64,000 bases of DNA from a virus (Duplodnaviria; Heunggongvirae; Uroviricota; Caudoviricetes): positions 1 to 64,000 of IMG/VR virus record IMGVR_UViG_3300037466_002980, one strand, 5' to 3'. The notes beneath the pieces were generated by a model, which worked only from the letters and a program-made list of their open reading frames with translations, was not told the DNA's origin and searched no databases. Below are positions 57,052-64,000 of this stretch, piece after piece. Both the position numbers and the translations under genes were made by a program. Positions within the stretch are counted from its first letter, which is position 1. Each line of letters starts with the position of its first letter.

Positions 57052-58089
57052 TTATTTATTGAAAATCAAGAAGTTTTTCTTATTTTCGTAGAATCTCCTA
57101 ACACCTATCATTCTTTCTAATGTGAATCTATCCAATAGGTCATCAGCAAAACTCTTTATATCGAAATTTCGATCTTTTCTATCTTTTTCATCAATCGAAA
57201 TATTTGTAATAGATATATCAGAATTAGATTCTGTTTTATTACCAACAATTACAGGATAGAATGTAATATTTGAACCTTTATAATTTATATTTCTATAATC
57301 AACCAAAACTGAAAATTGTTCAGTTACCGGATGAACATATAGAATACTATGAAAATCTTGTCCTTTAGAGTCTATGATTCCCATAAATTCAGAAGAAGAT
57401 CCCGGGTAGCAAACAATTTTATTTTCATCAATGATATTTGATGAACCTTTACCAAACACCATATGGCTGAAGTTTGATTCAATTTCTGTGATAATATTTC
57501 GTAATACAAAAGAAATACCCGAAAGATTATTCTTATAAAAGGTGCTTAGTTTTATTTCAGCTGTGGGATGAATAATATAATTCATTACAGCATTTAATGC
57601 ACTCGTACTTTCGATTTCTTCTACAATTTCAATTGAAATATTATCGAGAACTTCAAATGCAGCAACCGAATTATAAAATGTTTCATAATCACATTTGTAC
57701 CTTACATATATCGGTTCATCGATATTTCCTGTAATTTGAAATAAGGTATGATTATGACAAATCAGATATGCGATTGTTGAGAATGTTTCGGGGTTATATA
57801 AACTCACAGAATTCGTCTTTTCAGAATTTTCTAAAGAATTTACAATTGTGATATTTGGATGATCATATAGTTCCTTACTTACATGAATTTCATTTCCAGA
57901 AATAATCGCAATTAATCCCGATAATCCATTATCGACAATCATCTGCGTCTTATTATTTTGAATATGAAATCTCTGCTCAAAAATAGTATCCAGATTGGTA
58001 TTCTTATATTTCTCTTGAATAGAAGAATAATTTAATTCTGGAAAATATTTCCCAAGGAAATTCTTAATTGAAATTAAATCGTTGGTCAT
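57052..58089 (-). CDS. Divergent SufB/SufD-like beta-helix protein
   Basis: EKYKNTNL N-terminal motif, EPIYV, IEIVEE repeats; late box 58110-58117. Confidence 0.45.
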   Translation of the reverse strand: MTNDLISIKNFLGKYFPELNYSSIQEKYKNTNLDTIFEQRFHIQNNKTQMIVDNGLSGLIAIISGNEIHVSKELYDHPNITIVNSLENSEKTNSVSLYNPETFSTIAYLICHNHTLFQITGNIDEPIYVRYKCDYETFYNSVAAFEVLDNISIEIVEEIESTSALNAVMNYIIHPTAEIKLSTFYKNNLSGISFVLRNIITEIESNFSHMVFGKGSSNIIDENKIVCYPGSSSEFMGIIDSKGQDFHSILYVHPVTEQFSVLVDYRNINYKGSNITFYPVIVGNKTESNSDISITNISIDEKDRKDRNFDIKSFADDLLDRFTLERMIGVRRFYENKKNFLIFNK

Positions 58090-58118
58090 TTATTTCCTGT
58101 GTTACAGGATATTTATAT

Positions 58119-58424
58119 TTAAATTTCTTCAGCGATGGCTGTTAAAGGAAAGCCATTTGAACGGGAATAATTGATTGTTTCCGAAACCTTTTCGTCAGCA
58201 ATTTCTTTTGTGTATGGTCCACCAGCAATGCCTTGTCCGGCATTATGGATGTTAACAGTAATTTCATAAGCCTCTTCAAATGTCTTATGAAAAATTCCTA
58301 CTAAAATTCCGATAACAAATTCAAAGGTTGTTCTATCATCATTGAACAAGATAACCTGATATTTCTTCGGCTCTTGTACTTGAATGTTTTCCTCAATCTT
58401 TTCAATAACGTTTGTTTCAGACAT
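58119..58424 (-). CDS. clpS: Clp adaptor ClpS
   Basis: PKKYQVILFNDDRTTFEFV..IL..IF, IHNAG, FPL. Confidence 0.93.
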   Translation of the reverse strand: MSETNVIEKIEENIQVQEPKKYQVILFNDDRTTFEFVIGILVGIFHKTFEEAYEITVNIHNAGQGIAGGPYTKEIADEKVSETINYSRSNGFPLTAIAEEI

Positions 58425-58486
58425 ATCATTAATCCCGTGTAGTGCAGAACGTTATTCTATACTACACGGGCCCTATTAGTCAAGAA

Positions 58487-58900
58487 TTATTTTATGGGGA
58501 TTAACTTAGGCTTTTCTTCTTCGGGAATGTTTTTCTCGAACCTAATTACCAAGAGCCCATCTTCGATTTTGGCAGAAACTGTTTCATAATGTTCAGCAAG
58601 CTGAAATCTTTTTATAAAGCTTCGATTAGCAATACCCTGATAGGAATATGCTTGTCGTTGATTTTCGGGCTTGACTCCTTGAATTGTAATTTCACCATTG
58701 TGTTCTCTAATTTCAATTTCATCTTTCTTGAAACCAGCAACAGCAATTTCTAATATGATTTCGTTTTCATTCTCACCCTTATAGATATTATGAGGCGGAT
58801 AATTTGTGCCAGATAGGGTGAAGTTTCTGAAAACTGGTGCGAATCCAATTGATAAGGATTCGAGTTGATCAAATAGTCGTTGAAAGTCATGATTTGCCAT
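58487..58900 (-). CDS. Small heat shock protein (IbpA-like)
   Basis: YPPHNI, AVAGF, GIANRSF, DGLL, PEEEKP..I.I. Confidence 0.92.
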   Translation of the reverse strand: MANHDFQRLFDQLESLSIGFAPVFRNFTLSGTNYPPHNIYKGENENEIILEIAVAGFKKDEIEIREHNGEITIQGVKPENQRQAYSYQGIANRSFIKRFQLAEHYETVSAKIEDGLLVIRFEKNIPEEEKPKLIPIK

Positions 58901-58975
58901 GATTACTCCTTTTTTAAGCAAGTTTAAATTTGTGCCCAATGCACGTTTCACAAGACCCAATTTAGGCGTTCTTGT
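58901..58975 (-). promoter_or_regulatory. ROSE-like RNA thermometer 5' UTR
   Basis: Two upstream hairpins then CUUGCUU-AAAA-AAGGAG pairing the SD; late box 58981-58988. Confidence 0.6.
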
Positions 58976-59038
58976 AAAATTATTTATCTCTGGTATTATA
59001 GAGACTTTTTAAGATTTAATCAATATTCTATAAAGCTA

Positions 59039-59296
59039 TCAATAATTACGATCTCTGTGCCAAAGTCCAAGATCCATCATTTCTTCAACTTGTCTTTCCC
59101 AACGTCTACGCGCCTGTTTACGCATTCTTTGTTTCTTAACAGCAGGTTTCTCAAAGGCACCTCTATCTTTAATTTCTTTTAATAATCCAGAATCCTGAAC
59201 TTTCTTTGACCAGGTACGTAATGCTCTTCCGAGATCATCTTTTACCTCTACTGATATTCCTCTTCTCTTTGGCTTAGAATCTCTATACTTACTCAT
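59039..59296 (-). CDS. rpsU: Ribosomal protein bS21
   Basis: ALR..KK..G.L.EIK.R..FEKP..K.R.K.A.RR. Confidence 0.88.
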   Translation of the reverse strand: MSKYRDSKPKRRGISVEVKDDLGRALRTWSKKVQDSGLLKEIKDRGAFEKPAVKKQRMRKQARRRWERQVEEMMDLGLWHRDRNY

Positions 59297-60515
59297 TATT
59301 TGCTCTTTTCTTTGCTTTATAGACATATTTCATACTTCCATTCGCATCAACAAAGATTTTGTTGACACCTTCTTTTGATAATCGTGGTAGAACAAATTGT
59401 GTATTTTGCAAATCTTTCTCCATTATTGAACGGAGTCCTCTTGCACCAACTTTCTGTTTCAAACACTTATCTGCCACATTAAGTAGGTATTTATCATCAA
59501 ACTCTAATGCAATACCTTCAAATTTAAATAATTCTTTATATTGACTTACAATGCTATTTTTTGGTTCCTTTAAGATCCTAATCATCATATCAGGTGTTAA
59601 ATCGTCAAATACTACAACCACTGGACAACGTCCCACAAACTCCGGTATCAGTCCATATTTAATAAAATCTTCAGGAGTTGCATCTTTAACAGTCTGTGAG
59701 AAAGGAGATACAACATTTAATTGAGCACCAATTCCAATGCTTGTTTTAGATCTATTTTTCTTAATAATTTCATCAAGTCCAACAAATGCACCACTACATA
59801 TAAACAAAACATTCTTGGTATCGAATTCACATATTTCGTCATACATATCTTCAATCTTAACTGTTGTTCCTTCGATTAATTTAAGAAGTGCCTGTTGCAC
59901 TCCTTCACCCGAAACATCACGCGTGGACGAGGATAATTCTGTCTTTTTACTCTTCTTATCAATTTCATCTAAGAAGATTATTCCTTGTTGAGCTTTTTCA
60001 ACATCATCATTTGCATTTTGAATTAATCTTCTAATGAGATTTGTAACATCCTCGCCAACATATCCTGCTTCTGTTAATGATGTTGCATCTGCCACCACAT
60101 AAGGAATATCAAATAATTTAGCTATGGTTTTGACTGTTAGTGTTTTTCCCGAACCACTAGATCCTACCATTAATAAATTTGATTTTTCAATCTCGGTATC
60201 AGTTTTTCCATTTATTCTTTTATAGTGATTATATACTGCTACCGAAATTGCAATTTTTGCATCATCTTGACCAATTATATATTCATCAAGGTGTTTTTTA
60301 ATTTGTTCTGGGGATGGAATCTTTTCTCGTTTTTTCTTAGTCGTTAATGGCTCTTCTTTATGTAAGATATCATATGTAACATCAACGCATTCATTACAAA
60401 TATAGATGTTCTTACCGTGAAATTCTGGTCCCTCAATCATTTGTTCAACTTCGTGACGTCCTTTGTTACAGAAAGAACAATTGATTACTTTTTTTAGATT
60501 ATCTTCGGTTCCCAT
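59289..60515 (-). CDS. clpX: ClpX unfoldase
   Basis: CSFC..C..C Zn finger, YIIGQ, KSN, GSSGSGKT, GYVGEDV, DEIDK, RDVSGEGVQQ, GARGLRS. Confidence 0.95.
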   Translation of the reverse strand: MGTEDNLKKVINCSFCNKGRHEVEQMIEGPEFHGKNIYICNECVDVTYDILHKEEPLTTKKKREKIPSPEQIKKHLDEYIIGQDDAKIAISVAVYNHYKRINGKTDTEIEKSNLLMVGSSGSGKTLTVKTIAKLFDIPYVVADATSLTEAGYVGEDVTNLIRRLIQNANDDVEKAQQGIIFLDEIDKKSKKTELSSSTRDVSGEGVQQALLKLIEGTTVKIEDMYDEICEFDTKNVLFICSGAFVGLDEIIKKNRSKTSIGIGAQLNVVSPFSQTVKDATPEDFIKYGLIPEFVGRCPVVVVFDDLTPDMMIRILKEPKNSIVSQYKELFKFEGIALEFDDKYLLNVADKCLKQKVGARGLRSIMEKDLQNTQFVLPRLSKEGVNKIFVDANGSMKYVYKAKKRANNE

Positions 60516-60516
60516 A

Positions 60517-61764
60517 TTATTTCCCCACAAATTCTTTCAGCCAACTTAGTGGCCTAGGGTATTTATTTGAATTTGTGTTTTGATTTTTATTTTCAGGAGA
60601 AGATTCTTTATTCTTAACTAAAAGATCCCCATCTTTTAATTTTTGCGGAATAAAATGTGGTTCATTGGAATAATCTAAATCTTTACTCCGTATTTCCTGA
60701 GTCTCTGGTTGATTAAATTCCGAATCGATTTTATTTTCTTCTTCCGACTGTCGTGTCTCACCGAACTCGGAATCCTGTCTGGATATTTCACTGGATTTCG
60801 ATACGATTTCAGATTCCTCACTCCGTGGTAAAACGGACCGTTCTTCCTCCAAAGTTTCCGTCTCTTCTTCATCTATTACCTCTTGTGGGCCCGTTTCCGT
60901 ATCTTCATCATATCGTAAGTTTCCTGTCTGGAATACGATTTTCCTATTCTTCTTAGAGCCGACATGCTGCGAATCGGTAGTTTTTTCCGATTCTTTAGTC
61001 TCCTGACTAACTTCTTTTTCATTCGTGAGTCTTAAAAATGTGTGATTTGCTGCGAGTAATAGTATAACTGCCAAAGGTTCAAGTGTTAAGGAAATTATTA
61101 AGGTAAAAATCTTTACCGCAGATTCGATATTCTTATTAGCATCATCTGAAGAATATATTAATTCAGCAATATATCTAATAGGTCCAACCTCCAATTGTAC
61201 CTTTCTTAATTCGGATTCTAACTTAAATTTATCCGAAGAAAGTTCATCGATTCTTTTCTGTGAAGCATCGATATTATCCCTAAGTTCTTTTCTCTGCGAC
61301 GCCTGGGATTTTCTTATTGACACTGATTTATCTGTTCTATCTTTTCCAAGATATGAATTTACTGTAGCATCAAGTTGATTGATAATTTTCTGATTATCAG
61401 CTATTGAAGATTTCTCTCGATCGATTTGTTCATTTAAACTTTCAATCTTTGCTGAATTATCAATTGTTGATGCATTCTGTTCTAGATGTGCTTTTGAAAG
61501 AAATCCAAAAACACCAATACTGGTAATCAATGATAATACTATTGTTAGAAATATCAATGGAAGTTTAAGTTTCCATGTTGAAAACTGCCAATTTCTATAT
61601 AACCAGCTAGTTGTAACTAGTTTTCCACCTTCGAGAACTAATCCCATTATGAGTGCATGAAATGCTGCACCTGCGTAAATGGTCATAATTCCTATAATGG
61701 AAAACCAGCCAGAAACAAAACCTAAAGATAACGCTGACAAGAGCGTCAATAATGCAAATATCAT
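60517..61764 (-). CDS. Multi-TM coiled-coil membrane protein
   Basis: Three N-terminal TMs, coiled coil, EVGPIRYIA, TM, acidic tail. Confidence 0.75.
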   Translation of the reverse strand: MIFALLTLLSALSLGFVSGWFSIIGIMTIYAGAAFHALIMGLVLEGGKLVTTSWLYRNWQFSTWKLKLPLIFLTIVLSLITSIGVFGFLSKAHLEQNASTIDNSAKIESLNEQIDREKSSIADNQKIINQLDATVNSYLGKDRTDKSVSIRKSQASQRKELRDNIDASQKRIDELSSDKFKLESELRKVQLEVGPIRYIAELIYSSDDANKNIESAVKIFTLIISLTLEPLAVILLLAANHTFLRLTNEKEVSQETKESEKTTDSQHVGSKKNRKIVFQTGNLRYDEDTETGPQEVIDEEETETLEEERSVLPRSEESEIVSKSSEISRQDSEFGETRQSEEENKIDSEFNQPETQEIRSKDLDYSNEPHFIPQKLKDGDLLVKNKESSPENKNQNTNSNKYPRPLSWLKEFVGK

Positions 61765-61777
61765 TTATTGTTTATTT

Positions 61778-62080
61778 TTAGATAAGCCCTTTTATTTTAA
61801 GGGACAAGGCATCTACACCTGCAATTTCATATATGTTTACATCTGCCCCAATTAATAAGGCAGTCTTGCCTTCGGGAAGTATCTTACTAAGAGTTTCCCT
61901 TGTGTGTTCCAGATATGCTGTTGAAAGAAATTTTGTTTCTCTAGGAAGCTGAACAATTAGAACAGTATTCGGATCACTTTCCATTTCGTGAAGGAAACCA
62001 ATTGTACCTTCCGTAGGACTTTTGATTTCTTTCATATTAATATCCTTCGAAAAGATCTTCGTTATCTTCCCTGTGTCCAA
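61778..62080 (-). CDS. Hypothetical protein ending DALSLKIKG
   Basis: ORF in operon. Confidence 0.6.
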   Translation of the reverse strand: MDTGKITKIFSKDINMKEIKSPTEGTIGFLHEMESDPNTVLIVQLPRETKFLSTAYLEHTRETLSKILPEGKTALLIGADVNIYEIAGVDALSLKIKGLI

Positions 62081-62525
62081 CCCTCATAGCCATATTTGAA
62101 TCGGTTTCTCTCACTTCAACTTTACAACACCAAATTCTCTTTGCTTCTTCTGTACCATATTGTGGTAAGAAAATACCATTTATATATTTGTATAAGAAAT
62201 CTGAAATTCCTTCACAACCAGTTTTTTCAACTTCTGTTACCTTGGCTAAACCTAATTCTCCAAGTTTTTTAATATCATCATAATTCGGATCGTCCTGTGC
62301 CAATAGAAGACAATGATCAAACTTATCTTCTAGAAATTCCTTTAATGGTTTCAATCCACCAAAGTCCATTGCCCAATTTCTTGCATCTAATGTATCGCAT
62401 TCAAATTCAAAATGAAATGATAATGCATAACCATGAATCAAATTACAATGACTATCTGCTCTCCATTGTCTATATGCTACTGGAGCAATTTGTCTATAAG
62501 TTTTTGTCGATATATATTTCGCCAT
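62037..62525 (-). CDS. queD: 6-carboxytetrahydropterin synthase
   Basis: SHCNLIHGY, DFGGLK, FDH, GCE, VEVRET. Confidence 0.88.
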   Translation of the reverse strand: MAKYISTKTYRQIAPVAYRQWRADSHCNLIHGYALSFHFEFECDTLDARNWAMDFGGLKPLKEFLEDKFDHCLLLAQDDPNYDDIKKLGELGLAKVTEVEKTGCEGISDFLYKYINGIFLPQYGTEEAKRIWCCKVEVRETDSNMAMRVGHREDNEDLFEGY

Positions 62526-62526
62526 T

Positions 62527-63018
62527 TTATTCCTGTTCATTCTTAGGTGGTAATATTTCAGTTAAAGGTGTTTCTTCAATGTTGAGTTTATAATTGCTTC
62601 CGGAGCCGGGTCGACCAGACCCTTTTCTATCTCCCTTAAATTCGCCCTTCATTTTTGCACCTTTCCTTGTTTTTCCTTTTGCTGTTGCAAGTTGCTGTTC
62701 AAATTCTGGATCATATTTGAAAACATACAATCTGGATTCTTTATTCTGAATTACCCATAATTCAATTTTCTTTTCAGATTCAGAAACAACTCGATAATCT
62801 TTGAATTCGAATTGTCCTTGTGGTACACCAGGATATGGTCTTCCAAATAGGTTTTCACCATCCATTACTAATACAAAAGTAATTGCTATAATAAACGGAA
62901 TTGTTGTAAATTTCAACCAATATCCGAATGGTAATCTTATAATCAAGAAACAACATAAGGCAGCCAATCCGATATTTAAGAACATCAGAACATTAAGAAA
63001 TGGAAGTAATGATAACAT
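62527..63018 (-). CDS. Two-TM protein of the MotA/B-like module
   Basis: Two TMs then G.P and IELWV...RLY. Confidence 0.65.
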   Translation of the reverse strand: MLSLLPFLNVLMFLNIGLAALCCFLIIRLPFGYWLKFTTIPFIIAITFVLVMDGENLFGRPYPGVPQGQFEFKDYRVVSESEKKIELWVIQNKESRLYVFKYDPEFEQQLATAKGKTRKGAKMKGEFKGDRKGSGRPGSGSNYKLNIEETPLTEILPPKNEQE

Positions 63019-63680
63019 TATGGATGTTCTCCACTTACATAGTCTTGATAATGACTTCGAATTTTTTCATCTGCATTTTTATCAATTTCAGTTACCTTAT
63101 CGTCCGAAATAATAAAAGAAAATGCAGTTTCTTCCTGCCCCGGATCAGTTAATATAATATCCTTCTTGGAAAGAATCTCATATGTAGGATTTACCTGTAT
63201 TAATTCAACTGTGACAGGAACCGGAACACCGTCCCAACCTACACTTCCATCTTTTTGTTTTGCCATAAAAAAATGTACGTTAGCGACATATCTGCCGTCC
63301 CGTTTTCCACGAAATACAATTACTTCTCGCCTAGCAGAAATTTCTGCCTGATCTTTACTCTTTCCGGGTACAAAATTATTTGTGATACCCAAATCATCTC
63401 TTTCTAAGTGAACATAAGTATTTTCCCTATGTGGATATCCAATAATATCATCGGGAGTCTTTAACCATAAATCTATATCATGTGGACTATTATCGGGCCA
63501 CGTCAATATAACCAACATTTCGGCCTTAGATTCAATATCTTTCTTCTTGGCTTGTGGGTTAATTAATAAGAAAGCTCCAATGAAGAGTAACACAAATAAC
63601 ATATTGATATTGAAAAGCATATCAATAAAACTAATACTACTGGCATGATACGTATTATTTTTACGTCTTAGAATTTTCAT
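63018..63680 (-). CDS. MotB/ExbD-like TM (Asp) fused to a YfaP-like periplasmic domain
   Basis: SFIDMLF TM; W...DIDLW..P, LERDD.G, E......GRY..NVH. Confidence 0.6.
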   Translation of the reverse strand: MKILRRKNNTYHASSISFIDMLFNINMLFVLLFIGAFLLINPQAKKKDIESKAEMLVILTWPDNSPHDIDLWLKTPDDIIGYPHRENTYVHLERDDLGITNNFVPGKSKDQAEISARREVIVFRGKRDGRYVANVHFFMAKQKDGSVGWDGVPVPVTVELIQVNPTYEILSKKDIILTDPGQEETAFSFIISDDKVTEIDKNADEKIRSHYQDYVSGEHP

Positions 63681-64000
63681 TCTTCATTCTCTAATGATAT
63701 TTCGAGACTAACAAGCTGTATCTTCAAAAGCTGACTAGCGATTAATCCAGATAATGTAGCATAAATCGCTGTTCCCATACCGGCTGCCATTGAGAATATT
63801 CCTGTTTTGGTTGCAGCGATATTAGCAAAATCTAATCCAACCAAGGAACCCAACATTAATGAAAATCCTATTAAGGTACCCATCATACCGAGTGCCATTA
63901 ATAATTCGGAACTATACCAACATGCATCGAGATATCTAATATAGGTAGAACGATCTTCATCACTTAGATTTTCTTTATTCAATCTATGTGTGATTACACC
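63677..64000 (-). CDS. MotA/TolQ/ExbB family protein (5' end outside window)
   Basis: LGMMGTLIG...GMGTAIYATLSGL. Confidence 0.8.
   Translation of the reverse strand, partial: GVITHRLNKENLSDEDRSTYIRYLDACWYSSELLMALGMMGTLIGFSLMLGSLVGLDFANIAATKTGIFSMAAGMGTAIYATLSGLIASQLLKIQLVSLEISLENEE

Noticed and set aside
413-63351. Numerous plus-strand ORFs antisense to real genes (e.g. 11707..12285, 1690..2163, 27125..27538)
   Set aside because: Shadow ORFs fully overlapping well-supported minus-strand genes, without recognisable motifs
1-64000. Stop-codon reassignment as in some jumbo phages
   Set aside because: Long conserved genes are intact in the standard code, and TAA, TAG and TGA all end genes at sensible, often coupled, positions
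1-64000. CRISPR array or rRNA
   Set aside because: No regularly spaced repeats or rRNA-like sequence seen

Overview
A 64 kb AT-rich segment of a T4-like jumbo phage genome read with the standard code, almost all on the minus strand. The host is probably a proteobacterium (inferred from sigma70 promoters, ClpA/ClpS/IbpA-type genes, a ROSE-like leader and a PhaR-like box). Replication and nucleotide genes: family B DNA polymerase (apparently with an ATT start), sliding clamp, clamp loader, RNase H, ATP-dependent ligase, DEDDh exonuclease, dCMP deaminase, MazG, PhoH and a mini-DnaE fragment. A 7-deazaguanine DNA-modification set (DpdA/TGT-like, QueE, QueD, DpdL-like) is interleaved with GalE and a glycosyltransferase that resembles the queuosine mannosyltransferase QTMAN/GTDC1. 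There is a full Clp proteolysis and chaperone set (ClpA, ClpS, ClpP, ClpX, DnaJ, GroES, sHSP), translation genes (IF1, bS21, peptide deformylase), SOD, IscA and SufD-like genes, tail-fibre/SPRY and probable internal head proteins, two HNH endonucleases and a MotA/MotB-like membrane module. Non-coding signals: sigma70 early promoters, about 16 (G/C/T/A)ATAAATA late boxes (three apparently leaderless), several promoter-inside-hairpin RBS switches and a 134-nt tRNA(Lys)-like RNA with a long D-loop insertion. More than 25 unrelated small proteins share a portable acidic-hydrophobic-[KR]L[KR] terminal motif. Best candidates for new biology: (1) glycosylated 7-deazaguanine DNA; (2) the terminal tag together with a phage Clp system whose ClpX lacks the RKH loop; (3) the tRNA mimic. 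All family calls are by-eye motif recognition; no database searches were run.
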